A stretch of 64,000 nt of DNA from Vicugna vicugna (Eukaryota), in the NCBI GenBank assembly GCA_013265495.1, contig MU059781.1, positions 2,535,748 through 2,599,747 on the forward strand. The letters are read 5' to 3'. Positions 23,471 through 35,975 of this stretch are shown piece by piece. Made by a program: the position numbers and the translations under genes. The stretch's first letter is position 1; the number at the start of each line of letters is the position of its first letter. The notes beneath the pieces were generated by a model. That model saw nothing but the letters and a program-made list of their open reading frames with translations. It was not told the origin of the DNA and did no database searches.

Positions 23471-23689
23471 TTGCACAGGTAACAAGGATATTTCAGTCAT
23501 TCAGCAGTTAGGTATATAGAACAGAGCAGACAAAAGAGTCAAAAACAAGTATGTTTTTGAAACTTTTTCATTGCTCTGGATCGAGAGCACAGAACCAGTC
23601 CTTTGTTCTTCCCACAAACCAGTGGCGTACAGCCAATGCATGGGATTGCTTTTGCTTCCTGAATAATCAGAGTAAACATCTATTGCATT

Positions 23690-23872
23690 ACTTATTAAAT
23701 GCAGGTGCCGAGTGCTTACGTGGATTGTCTCACTTAATCCACAGAGCTGCCCTGTGAGGCAAGGCCTCTTGTTGCATTTGAGGAAACTGAGGCTTGGTAG
23801 GATTCATGTTAGTTGCTGCTGGAGCTAGGATTTGGAATTTGACACCTAACCCCGAAGTTCTTAACCATTATA
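23690..23872 (-). mobile_element. MIR SINE
   Basis: tctcacttaatccacag...ccctgtgaggc...tgaggaaactgaggctt...ggagctaggatttg. Confidence 0.75.
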
Positions 23873-24970
23873 ATTTCGATGAGAGTTAGGGTCAGAAGGC
23901 AGTATATTGGTGAAAAGCATACAGAGTTGAAGTTACTCTTGGAAAATCCTTTTCATCAGAAACCCGTACCGCTTTGGCAGGAAGTTAGAACACGGGCTGA
24001 AATTCAGAGGCACACACTCACAGTCAGAGTCCTCCACGTGCAAGTCAAGGGCTATTGCAGTCTTCACGGAAGTCTTCTACGTATTTGACTTGTCTCCTCA
24101 ACAAACATTTTAGTACTCGGTGCTGCAGCTTGATGGCTTTTTTCTCTCTCGTATCTTTTTGACCCCTTAGACGGAGCGAGGGCATCACGGTGAACCACAC
24201 GGAGGCGGCCGTCCCAGCTCCCGGGAAGTTCCGTGCGGCCAGCTCTTGCACTAGGGTGGAAACTGACCACCTCGTGTTAGACGAAGGTGATGGCCTACAC
24301 GTGGGAGCCACGCTGTACGGGAGTAAAACTGCTAGATCACACTCAGCAGGATGAGATGTTCGCACTGTGAGCGTGTGAGAAAGCCCAGCTGTGAAACAGC
24401 AGACTCCTGTGCCCCATCCTGTCTTCCTGTGGGATCCTGGTTGGAATGGAAGGCCTATTGCCAACTGTATTTAATAGCTCCCTCCTCACTCAAACGTATG
24501 TGCGGGTATTTGAGCTTATGTAAATTAAATACACAGATGCAATGACTCCACTACATCAGGACCCTCCCATGGTCTTGAAGGTCCCGGCATCTGATAGGGA
24601 CAATGATATCCATTTTATTTTGAGATTTCTGTCTGGGAAAATGGGATAACTGACATGCAGTGTTCCTTTCTTTTGACCTAAATCCCTTCAGCAGCATCTT
24701 AAAATGATCTCTACCTACTTGATACTTCTCAGAGGTGGAGCATAGATGCCCTGGCCCCAGCGGATCAAAAGAGGTACTTGCAACTCCTAAAACTCACCTG
24801 TGCACTCTGTATGTCTTTCCTTTGCAATAATATGACTAAAGCTGATGCGTGCAAGGCCCTTGAACCCTAGATTGATAGATAGATGAGAGAGAGAGAGACA
24901 GACAAATGATACACAGACAAGTGCAGAAGTGAAAATAGGGGCCAATATGTGCTTTTTAAATTCCTTTAAG

Positions 24971-25073
24971 ATGTATGTATGTGTATGTATATGCATAACT
25001 GGGACATTGTGCTGTACACCAGAAACTGACACTTCACAATTGACTGTATGTCAATAAAATTTTTTTAAAAAAA
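24971..25073 (+). mobile_element. 5'-truncated camelid-type L1 tail with TSD
   Basis: gcataactgggacattgtgctgtacaccagaaactgacac...tcaataaaa, flanked by ttaaattcctttaag (24956-24970) and ttaaattcctttgag (25074-25088). Confidence 0.85.
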
Positions 25074-25756
25074 TTAAATTCCTTTGAGAAAGTTTAAAGA
25101 AATCTACTGTTTTCTCATGGGAAATTATGATTTAGGTGCTTTATTTTTCTCTTTACACCAAGTACACTATGGCCAAACTCTAATTAACTTCAGGTAAAGG
25201 GAGTCAGGAACAAAAGGGCTGAATTAACACAGAGGAATTATCAACTCTCACTGAACAAAAAGGGTACAATGGAATCTACTATATGATTTTTTTGTGTGGA
25301 CATAGTAGCATAGCAACACATATTTACTTCCTGTTATAAAAAAGATGGGTCCTATAAAATGAAGAGTTCCTGAATGGTGAATCATTTATGCAGCCACAGT
25401 TTTCCTTTAGAAATTGTGTGGAGAGCCCTAGGAAATAGGAGGTGGTCACAAACCACTCCTTTCTAGGAAAAGGATACGTCAGTCACAAGGTCGAGGGCTG
25501 AAGTGAAAACACTGCAACCACAAGTCCACGGTCCCTGGCAGAGCCGTCCCGAAGCAAACCCAGGTGCTCCCGGTGCTGGTGCTCAAGGCCGGGACCACCC
25601 ATCCCAGCTCAGGGAGCCCAGCAGGCAGCAGGCAGAGCCGGCCCCCGGGGGCTCCTTCCTTTGGGCCCGAGGTCCACCAAAGCTGAGCCCGGGCCTCCCC
25701 GCTCCACGACCCCTTCGGCTGCATCTTCAGAATCCAGTGACTGAAACTCTTGCTTA

Positions 25757-26165
25757 GTTTTTTTAAATTGTGGTCAAATACACATAATATAAAATTTGCC
25801 CTCTTAGCCACAGTTCGGTGGCATTAGGTACATTCGCATTGTTGTGCAACCATCACCACCTCCCATCCCCAGACTTCTTTTCATCTGGCAAAACTGAAAC
25901 TCTGGACTCATGAAGCTCTAAGTCCCCAGTCCCACCCCACAGCCCCCTGGCAACCACCACTCTACTTTCTGTCCTTCTGAATTTGACTGCTTTAGCGANN
26001 NNNNNNNNNNNNNNNNNNNNNNNNNNNNNNNNNNNNNNNNNNNNNNNNNNNNNNNNNNNNNNNNNNNNNNNNNNNNNNNNNNNNNNNNNNNNNNNNNNNN
26101 NNNNNNNNNNNNNNNNNNNNNNNNNNNNNNTAATAGTCCATGCGCCATATTTGCTTTATCCCACC
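25757..26165 (-). mobile_element. L1MB-like 3' end spanning a gap
   Basis: ttttaaattgtggtcaaatacacataatataaaatttgcc...gtggcattaggtacattcgcattgttgtgcaaccatcaccacc...ccctggcaaccaccactctactttctgtc. Confidence 0.88.
25999..26130. other. Assembly gap (132 N)
   Basis: N run inside the L1. Confidence 1.
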
Positions 26166-28964
26166 TGCAGAATATTTGTATGTGGTGAGGGGGGTAAGAG
26201 TAGGGATCAGCCTACTCCTCTTACCCGCTATGGGATGAACTTGACACCTGGATATCACATTGTCCCTATCACTGATGGGGCCACAGAGCGTCCAGAAGGA
26301 AAAACCCTTCTATGAAATATGAGGCCTTTGGTTAGACCAGGACCTAAACTGGAGTCCAGGAGTGGGCTCCAGGAAGTCTGCGAACTCCCTGTAACTGAAA
26401 TCAGAATGATGGGCCTTTGTCTTTTTCTGGGGAAAATCTTTAGTTTTTACTATCTTTTCAAAGCAATGTAAGCATAGCTGGTCTCAGCTACATCTCAGTC
26501 AGGAGGAGCTGAGACCTGGACAGGTGGCTACTGCTCCCTTCTGTCTCGGCGCCGGGTTCCACGCGGCAGGCAGCGCCGCCAGCCCCGGAAATCCCTACAA
26601 CAACTGCCCCCTGTGCCCCGAGCACCTGCTTCTCGGGAGCACGTTCAGAGGGTTAGGGAGTCGGCTCCGCTGAGTCTAATCATTCTCCGCAGTGTGTAAG
26701 AAATTATTTCTGCAGTGACAGAAGAGAGTTAGTACTCGAGTTTTAACTAGATCCAATTTCAAAATAGTATGGTAATGGGAGGTCACAAAGAAATCCGAAG
26801 CAGGGCCTCTGGTCTTGAGGAACATGAATCCTGTGAGAGGCAGGTCTTGAAACCACCAGTGGACGCCACTGATGAACTCAGCACGGCCAGCGTCAGCACC
26901 GATGTGGGGCGTCGACCTGAACTTGCCAGAGGAATCTTCTCAGGGTCACAGCCTGCTTAATCACGCTGCCCCAGCGGAGAAAACTCCTATTTGTGCTTAG
27001 GCCTGGGAAAAAAGACTTCCGACGCTAGTTGCTCGGACGAGGAAAACTGTGTAACTGACCTCATCTTCCTTCAACATCTGGCCACCAGGTAGCTCAGAGC
27101 TGTACTTCTGGCTCCACAGCAGTGATAGTCACTGTCAGTCCAAATGCTCTCCACACACTTGTCCTATTATCCAGTCTTCTCCCATTCCTCATACCTGACC
27201 TTTATGTTTTCTGTGGTCTAGAGTCTATTTTTGGATTTATATCTAGTCCTTCATTGGGTGTTTCTGCCTCACTCTGGCCCAGTCTTTTGTGGAACGAGAG
27301 GTATTGTCTGGGACCCAGAACGGGAGCCGGGGCGGGAACGGGGACTGAGGCTGATGTCTGTCCTGTGGGTATTCTCTGCTGCCCTCCAGGTAAGCCCTCC
27401 ATCCTTCCCCCCCACCCCCGCTCTGATCCCCGTGCCAAGCTGGGGAGTGGCAGTCACTGTGTTCTTTTGCCAAAGTCCCCTACTGTCGCCGGCAGCCTTC
27501 TCCTCTGCTAGCGGCTGTAGCTTCTGTGGAGTTTCAGTAACTGTCCCCTCCTCTGGCCCCTTCAGCTAGAAGCAGTAACACCTCCTCCTTTCTACCATGC
27601 TGGCCCCAGGGCATGTCCCCAGCCCTCCCTGGCTCCTGTCAGCCACGCCCACAGCTACCTGAGCATTGGCTGTGACATCTCAACTATTCCGTGTAAGTGT
27701 GAGCCGGGATGGTGCCGGACGAGGCTAAGAACAAGTTAGGGTTCTGCCGTCTTTTCCCCTGCATGGTCTGTTTCGGTCACACTGCTTTCTGTGTGCTTCT
27801 GGGAAAGCACCAGCTCCCTCCACCTGAGACCCCCTCCTCCAGCTCCTCCTCCCCGACCCCCTTCCACACACTCAGGTGTTCGGGGGATGCGACCACACAG
27901 ACATCCCACTGGACCGCCACTCTTTGTGTCTGTCTGTCCCCCTCACTGAGCCGTCAAGGCAGGCTTGTGTCTGATGATTTGTTTTCTTCCCAGCATCTGG
28001 AATTCGATGAAAAATCATTGAATGAGGAATGAACACAGGAGTGAATATAAAACCTCTGGATTTTCCATCAGCAGTGCCACCTCTGGGCTGGGTCTTAGAA
28101 CTTGCCTGCAGGGCTGCCAAGCTGTCCTCCCCTACAGCCGGCTGGGCGGCCAGCACCCAGCACAGGCCCCGGGCGGCCCGGAGAAGGCTCAAAGGTGGGT
28201 GGGCCGAGTCCACGGAGTCCCCGGGCTCCAAAGAGCAAGGTGGCACTGCCAGAAGTGACCAAGAGCAGGTGAGTCTGGAGAGGGATGTAGCATAGATGGA
28301 GGGGAGGGGAGGGGCTCTAAGGATGGGGCATCTGCTGAGGGGCTGGGGTGGCAGCTGAGCCATGAGAGATGAGGAGGAAAATGACCAGAAGTGGCCCCAC
28401 AAACCTAGCAGCTCTCACCCCTTTTCATCTGCCCAGTTCCCCCGTCCCTGTGTAGCCATGACAGCCTTAGCAACTGTTCTGAAGTAGGGGGTTCCAACAA
28501 CAGGCAGCTTTTGAGTAAAGTCAGTTTTCTTTAGTGCCTGAGGATGTGGCCTATGGGATCCTAAAACCCTCACGGGAGACCCAGTACTGGCCCTCGCCCA
28601 CCACGTGGCCAAATGGTGCGAACTCCCCAGTGTGCAGTTCTCTCCTCTGCCAAGTGGGGACAACTGTGGCACCCCCGCCTACCGCCTTTTGAATGGTTTC
28701 TACATGAAGAATGTGCAGCTCACTACCTGGCACATAGTACACATTTTACTGTTTTATTACTTTTATTTTATGCTTAATTTCTAAGGGAAATCACCATAGG
28801 GAAATCAGCTAAGATACTATGTAAAAAAAAATCATAGAAGTTCTACTAAGTCTTACATAATTTTATATTCCTTATAAGAAGGGGGAAAATTCTGATAGGA
28901 ACTTAAAATGCTAAGTCGTAAACACCACGTGTACTGCTTTACTTTTTAATGACAACAGATTCCA

Positions 28965-29165
28965 GATTTTGAGCTCCTACCACCATGCGACCTGGGTTCT
29001 ACAATTTTCATACATTATCTTAACCCATCACAATGACCCCTAAATTCAGCATCATTTCTCCCACTTTGGAGATGAGGAAGTGGAAACTGAGATGGCTCCT
29101 GGGTTTCCTGAAGGCCACACCACTGGAAAGGACAGAAAGTTAAGAGGTGGCCTCAAGTCTGTGCC
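28965..29165 (-). mobile_element. MIR SINE
   Basis: ttctcccactttggagatgaggaagtggaaactgaga...cctgaaggccacacc. Confidence 0.65.
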
Positions 29166-29984
29166 TGTCCTCAGGGCCACCATGCCTTCTCAGAGTGACC
29201 TCGACATTATGTGGACACAGCTGTTAACCAAAAACTACGAAACGCGGGGGCTGTGTCCTTTAGAAAACGCCTGTGGGTTTACGAAAAAGAATTTGCTGGT
29301 TCGTGTAAGTGATGAATTTTAAACTATTGATCTATGACACCCATCACATGTACAGAAACATATTCTAAATTCTCCCTTTGAAGCTGAACATCTGTTGAAC
29401 TGGCCTCCTCCTCCTGCACAGGCTGGTCCCCTGCAGCACGTGGGGACGTTCTAGCCCCGCTGACTCTGGCGTGGGGTGATCAGCTGGCCAGGGAAGGGAT
29501 GCTGCAGCCGTGCCCGAGAACATCTCTGAAATTCTCAACCCGGTGTGTAATGTTGGCATTGTCTCTGAGCGCCACCTCCCCGCCTGCACTACATCCTCGA
29601 CACGTCTGCACACACTCCAAGAGACGTGGAGTCAAGGGAAAGAAGCAAAGCCCCAAAACAACCGAGCCCTAATAGCTCCAGCCCTGCACAAGCGCTATTT
29701 TGGTCTCTGGCCTTGTCCCTGAAAAATGAACGGGACTTCTGAGTGGAAACACCAATGCCCAGTAGTAGGAGAGATCAAGGAAGGGGTGGGCCCCTCTGAA
29801 CACCCTCTTCCTTCTCAGCTACTCATTCATTTGACCTTGTCCCCCCAGAGGACAGGGAACATGCCAAGGTCTTCCAGTTTCTACACCCAACTGTCACTTT
29901 CATTTAGCTTGTCCTCAAAATGCCCTATGAGAAAACAAAAGATGAGTTATGATAGCTCACACTTGGAGGCCGCCAAACAGACCT

Positions 29985-30170
29985 GAGTATTGTGCTCCTT
30001 ACAGCCAACCAGAGAAGTCGGCGGGGCTGATACCACTGCGCTCATCTTACAGCTGAGGAAACTGAGGCACAGAAGTGAAGGCAATGAGCCAAGGACATGG
30101 AATTGGAAACATTAAAACTCAAATCCAGGATCCCGCTGGTCTGGATCCAGGTCCAGTGCTCTTTTATCTC
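29985..30170 (-). mobile_element. MIR SINE
   Basis: ctcatcttacagctgaggaaactgaggcacagaagtgaag...ccaggtccagtgctctt. Confidence 0.75.
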
Positions 30171-31688
30171 AGCGTACATTTTAAAAAATCACAGCCGTCA
30201 GTGCTGGAAGTAGAAAAGCATAAGTAGCATTTGGGAAAGTAGCAGCACAGGGTGCTAGGGTGAGGCACTGTCCACCTGTGGGACCCCCAGGTGGCAGCCT
30301 ATAAATGGGCGTCTCCACCTGTGTCACAGAGCACGATGGCTGGTCCTTGACCCCACGGCTAGAGCCCGTCCCTCCCCTGCCCTGCCCTGCTTTGGCCTCG
30401 AGGGCCACCGGCCACATCCCGCCTGCCTACAAGGCCCCCAGGGCTGAAACGCACATCTCCATGTAATACTTGTCATCTACCGGCTCCTCACATAAGGCGG
30501 TAAATATCCTCTTCCCAGTTTACACAAGAGCAAATCGAGGCTCAGAGACAGGAATACTGATGAAGTCATGCGGCCAGTTCAGGGCAGATCTGGGAACCGC
30601 AAGCCAACAAAGGCTGCCCTTTGCTTATCTCCACTTATCACGCAGGCCCAGCGTGGCTTAGCGGGGACCTCGAGGCATTGCCGAGGCGTGGCGGACGGGC
30701 CTGGGAAAGGGGCCCAGCTTTCCTGGCTTCCAGTCCGGGACTCCAGCCACGGGACCACGCCGCTCCCCCTCGGTAAATCAGTCTGGAAGCGGACAGTGGG
30801 TCTCACTAGAATGAGGCGGTCAGGTGTGAGGGTATTTTCCAGATGAATATTAGGGAAAAGAGAAAAAAAAAATGGAGCGCAGGTTAATGCAGAGATCTAT
30901 GGCCCAAAATACCAAAAGGGAAAGTACAGTAATTCACAGAGGGCTTAAAAAAGAAAACAAAGGAGGGAAAATTGAAACAAAAGTTATCTCATTGACGATC
31001 TGCCATTTCCTTTTTTCCAGTTGTTTTTTTCCCTCTTGGGAAACTGGCATCTGTCTCTCCCCTCACCAAACACATAACATGTAAAGACAAGGGCTTGACT
31101 AGCTGGCTCTAATGAGGCATTAATAGAATGTGACGGCAGAGCCCAGGTATCCACGGTCCCCGGAGGACACCGGGACGCCAGGCTCTCTGTCCACAGCCAG
31201 GCAAACAGCGTTCACCTGCTTGGGAAGCATTTATTGATACTTAGTGGTTTAGACAAGGCCATGGGTTTTTCAACAGGCCCCCTTCCTGAATTTTATTGCC
31301 TGGTTCCATATTGTTTGACTAAAAATAATTAATTTTCCATAACACTCCTTACACTGAGCTTTCCCTTAGCAAAAGTGAGGTTTTAAAAGAGAACTGAGAG
31401 TTTGGAATAAAACAAACAAATACGTAAATAATCCAAAAAGAAGGAAAATCCACTTCTAGGCCAGTCACCTTTTTTAAAGTTTGAAGGAACTGCTAAACTT
31501 TCTTGAGGTTATTAAACCACATAAGCATGTAAAAGGGGCCCTGTGACGAGGAAATGGCTCCACTCTGTCACCATATGGACACGGACATTGGTTCTCGGTT
31601 TCCCTCCTAACAGCGGGAGCTAAAATGGGCACACCTTCCCAGGCTGCTTGGGCTGGTTCCCTTCACCTGATTTCACTGCGACGGCTGG

Positions 31689-32241
31689 TGTGGTAGGCAG
31701 GGTTTGGGAACGGCCCCCAGGGTTCCACACCCTAATGCCCAGAACCTGGTCACATCAGGTTATATTATACAGCACTGTTGACCTTAAAAGGAGGAGATAA
31801 TACAGGTGGGTCTAATCTAGTCACATGGGCCTGTAAAAGCTCTCCAGCTGGTGAAGAGTCTCAAAAGAGGAATGTGGGAGAAGACAGAGAGGCTACAGCA
31901 TGACAAGGGATGCACCATTGCTGGCTCGATGAAGACAACCACCTGCAAAGGAAGGCGGGCAGCCTCCATGTGCAGAGCGGCCGGGGTTGATGGCCAGCAA
32001 GGAAATGAACCTCAGTCCTACAGCCACAAGGAACTGGATACTCCCAACAACCTGAATAAGCTTGGAAGCAGAATCTTCCTCAGACTCTCCAGACAGGAGC
32101 CCATCCAGCTCATACCTTGATTTCAGCAAAGCCCTGTGGATCCCACCTACACTCCTGACCTACAGAACTGTGAGATAATAAATGGGTTTTGTTTTAAGCT
32201 GCTTTGCTAATTTGTTATAGCAGCAATAGAAAACGTATACA
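31689..32241 (+). mobile_element. Full-length MLT1D/E-like solo LTR (553 bp)
   Basis: Starts tgtggtaggcag and ends atttgttatagcagcaatagaaaacgtataca; internal ccagcaaggaaatgaacctcagtcctacagccacaaggaactg and cagaactgtgagataataaat; 5-bp flanks gctgg/gttgg. Confidence 0.92.
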
Positions 32242-32739
32242 GTTGGCAAAGATGAATCACAACAGCACTCAGAGACTGAGGCAGAAACAGAAAAAGAAAA
32301 GAAATCAGGGCAAGACTATGGAGAAGGCAAGGCCAGGATGAGTCTCAGGCTGGCACTCTCTAAGTGGCCACCTAGTGCCACTTTGAGTCAACTCAGATCA
32401 TCAGGGAAGTAACTAGAAGTCTCTTCTGATTTCCTAGGAAAGTTTTTCTCTTGCCAAATAATGAGCTTTTCTGCTCATGACCAACGGGTACCAGATTTTC
32501 ATCAGTCAGGAAGCTCTGCTAGGTGTGACATGAGTACCATGAAATGTTCGCAAGGCACAGCCTCCTGACAGAGGATGGAAGGTGCCCAGGGCCATGACAG
32601 GAGGCCACCCTCTCACAGGAGGTGATGCTCATGTCCTTCTGTAGACACTGCTTATCATGATCAGAAATATTTATATAAAGTGCCTAGTGCAGCGGGTTAT
32701 ACGTAGCAGACAACCACTACATGGTAGGTTTTTTTCTCC

Positions 32740-34200
32740 TCTGATTCACAATGATTACGATCATTCCCAACTGCCTTCTGAGCATTTGTACCTGGATGTC
32801 CCAAAGGGTCTTCCAACTTAACACGTCTAAAACTGAGCTCATGATCCACATGCCCAAATCCATATGCTTCATTCTGCTTTTGTCTTTTGGCCCCACTACC
32901 CACCCAGTCACCCAGGCTGCAAAACTTTATGTCTTCTTCCTCTCCCTCCTCTCCTCCTTCCCCTCCTCCCCTTCCTCTCCCACCTTCTCCTCACTCCAAA
33001 AGGACTAGCTTCAGGTCCTGAGCATCCTATCTCCCAAAGATGTCTTAAATCCACCTCATTCATACTGTATTAGTCCAAGATTTTATTATTCTCTGCCTGG
33101 ATGACAACAAAAACTTCCCCCTATTTCTCTACTTCTACTTCGCTGCCTTCTTCAACCTAAATCTGGTTGTGATGCTCTCTTCACTCAAGCCCTTTAGCAA
33201 CTTCCCACCATGGACAAAACAGTGCCCAACTCCTGGGCACAGGCAAATTGCCCTTTACCAGCTAGCCCCTTCGTACCCTTCCAGCCTCGTCTGCTGCCAC
33301 CACCCAGTGCTGTGGCCTCCACTCCGGCCACGCCATCCTCTGCCTAGTCCTCAGATGTGCCATCCTGGTTCATTCCTCCATGCCTTTGCATGAATACGCC
33401 TCTGTGCAGCATGCTGGTCCCATGCTCTTCCACTTGGAAAACTTGCTCCTCAAGAGCTGCTTCGAACATTCCTTCAACTTGAAGCCTTTGGATATCTGGA
33501 TATCGGATATCTAAACCAAAATTAATCTCTCCTTCCCTTTCTAACAGCTTTGTTGAGATAAAATTTACATACCATAAATGTAACCATTTAAAGCATTTAA
33601 AGTGCACAACCCAGAAAAATAAACAAATAAAGAGTACGACTCAGTGCTTTTTGGTATATTCACAGTTACACAGCTATCATCACAATCTAAGTTGAAAACA
33701 TTTCATTACCCCTAAAATAAACCTTATACTCATTAGCAGTCACCCCTCCTTCCTCTGCCCCAGCCCCAGGCAACCACTACTCCACTTTCTATCTCTACAG
33801 ACTTGCCTATTGTGGATAGTTCAATATAAATGGAGTTATACAATAAGTAGGTTCATATAATATCTTTTTTGGCTGGCTTATTTCACTTTGCATAATGTCT
33901 TTAAGGTCTATCCATGTTATACACATGTCAGTACTTCATTCCTTTTAATTGCTGAATAATATTCCATTATGTGGATATACCACATCCATTCATCCATCCA
34001 TCCAACACATTTGGGTTGTTTCCCCTTTATGACTATTATGAATAACGTTGCTGTGAACAATTGTGTACAAGTTTTGTGTGTCCCATAGGATTTTGCATAA
34101 ACTCCACTATAACACTGCTCACTCTTATAGTTATATTCCTGTCCATTGAATAATAAAATCTCCAGGTCCGTACCACTCAGGAACTGTGACCCACAAGCAG
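32740..34200 (+). mobile_element. L2 3' portion interrupted by L1MB
   Basis: cccaactgccttctgagcatttgtacctggatgtccca...ttaacacgtctaaaactgagctc; tail resumes after 34085. Confidence 0.75.
33535..34083 (-). mobile_element. L1MB-like 3' end
   Basis: acagctttgttgagataaaatttacataccata...ccccaggcaaccactactccactttctatctct...ttcctttaattgctgaataatattccattatgtggatataccaca. Confidence 0.92.
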
Positions 34201-35789
34201 ATCTGATGAGTGAGTGAAGGAAGAAAGGAAGGGAGGAATGGAGTTAATAATAAGTGGATATTCTCTCTCTCTTTTTTTTTTAGTAGACATTTTCTCAAGC
34301 AGTTTTAGGTTCACAGTGGATACTCTTTGGAGTGAGGTGGAGCATACATGGTCCTATTTATTTTCAAGTAAAGAAAAGAAGAGTTTTCCACTAAGCCAGG
34401 AAGGCAGTGGTAAAGTAGGGAGAGAATAAACCTAAACTCAACTAATGAAATAAACAACTCCAGCAACACCTTCCACACGCACGTGGATACTGCTGTACGG
34501 CTTCCCTTGTCCTTGTAAGTCCATCACATGTGATAGCGTGGGGCCGGCAGGAAAGGCTCTATGAGAACCAAGTGAAGAGCCTGGGTCAGCGCCTGCTCCT
34601 CAGCTGGCCCCTGGGAACCCAAGGCTGTGTCTGCCTCCCTGGAGGATGCCCAGCCACCCAGCAGGATCCTAGCTCCTCTCCCCACGCCCACCACTCTCCT
34701 TCCATCATGCTGGCTCCCAGCTCAGTTTCGAGACCCACATTATTCAAATCCCATATTTCCCTGAAGGCATGCACAGGACATAATCTCTGCAAGAAGCCAC
34801 TGCAGACCACACCTCCTTGGTATCCACATGGAAAGCCAGAAGGATGGCTTGTCCAGGGGTCAAGGCAGAGGATCTGTCCTTAGACACTCAGGACAGGGCC
34901 AGTAGCCAGTAGGGCACTCACTGAAGGAGTCATCTCTCTTTGGACCCCCGTGTTGGACAATTTGGATGTGATCATAAAAACTCCCATGGGCTTGTCTCCA
35001 GAATGGCCTGGAGTTCACCTCCATGGAGAACACGCCTCACCCTCTTTTGAGCTGACTAGAAACGACAAAGCACATTCAAGGAAGAGCGCACGAGCCTGGC
35101 TGGTTGCTATTTAGAGCCTCTGACGGGCAACCCAGACCTCCACGTGCCCCCCGCCCCCTGACCCCGTGCGCTGGGAACGCAGGATGACGCTGCCTCAGGA
35201 GGTTCCTGGTGACAGCTCAGGATGCACAGACCCTAAAATAACTGATTAAGAGGTGGGTGCTATTTCTAAAACAGTACAGCCTGTTCTGTTCGGGATGCCA
35301 GGGGATTACGTCACGTTATCTGTTCCCATCACAAAGAGATGCTTTTCTGGCCGTCGGAGTACCGGTTCCCAACGCCTACTTCACTGAGTGGCTCCTGCAC
35401 ACGTTGGGGCCAGGAATACGAACCAGGTAAAAGGTAGCAGTTTCACCTTCGATCCCAAAGGAGGGATATTTGAAAGCCTTCCACCAAAGAACAGGCATTC
35501 AGGTTGACGAGTTTGCTGTGTGGGAGGAGGCACCGAAACCCTGGAACTCACAGAACTGTCAGGGGACCTGAAACAGCCAAGGGCAAGGCTCACTCCCAGC
35601 CGAGGAGAGCAGCTCCCGTTCCGTCAAGCATGTGACAGGTGATGTCAGGAGAGGGGAAAGCGGCCAAGACCTTTGGTCGCTGTGCCAGGGGTAAGGGTGC
35701 AGTGTCCAACCTCGGCTTCCCACAAAGGGGGAAGAATACACGTGACCCGAGACCACCAACCACAAGCCGGAAGTGGTGAAGAGCGGCCT

Positions 35790-35975
35790 CGAGGCTCAGG
35801 CTGCCTGGGTTTGGACCCTAATGCTGCCACTTACAAACAGCGAGCCTCGGTCAGGACACTCAAACCATCCCTCCTCTGCAGGAGGAGGTCAATGTGAGTA
35901 TCTAGTGTGTCCAGTGGTTACAAGGACTAAATGAATACTGACACTTTGAACCTTTTTAAAAGGTCTGGCACGCCA
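35790..35975 (+). mobile_element. MIR SINE
   Basis: gctgcctgggtttggaccctaatgctgccacttacaaac...ggactaaatgaata...ggtctggcacg. Confidence 0.6.

Noticed and set aside
24171-24354. Acceptor at 24170 followed by a ~60-codon open frame (RSEGITVNHTE...)
   Set aside because: No good downstream donor and no recognisable protein.
33490-33644. Triple GATATC repeat and an A-rich micro-insertion at the L2/L1MB junction
   Set aside because: Consistent with slippage and a decayed A-tail; no evidence of function.
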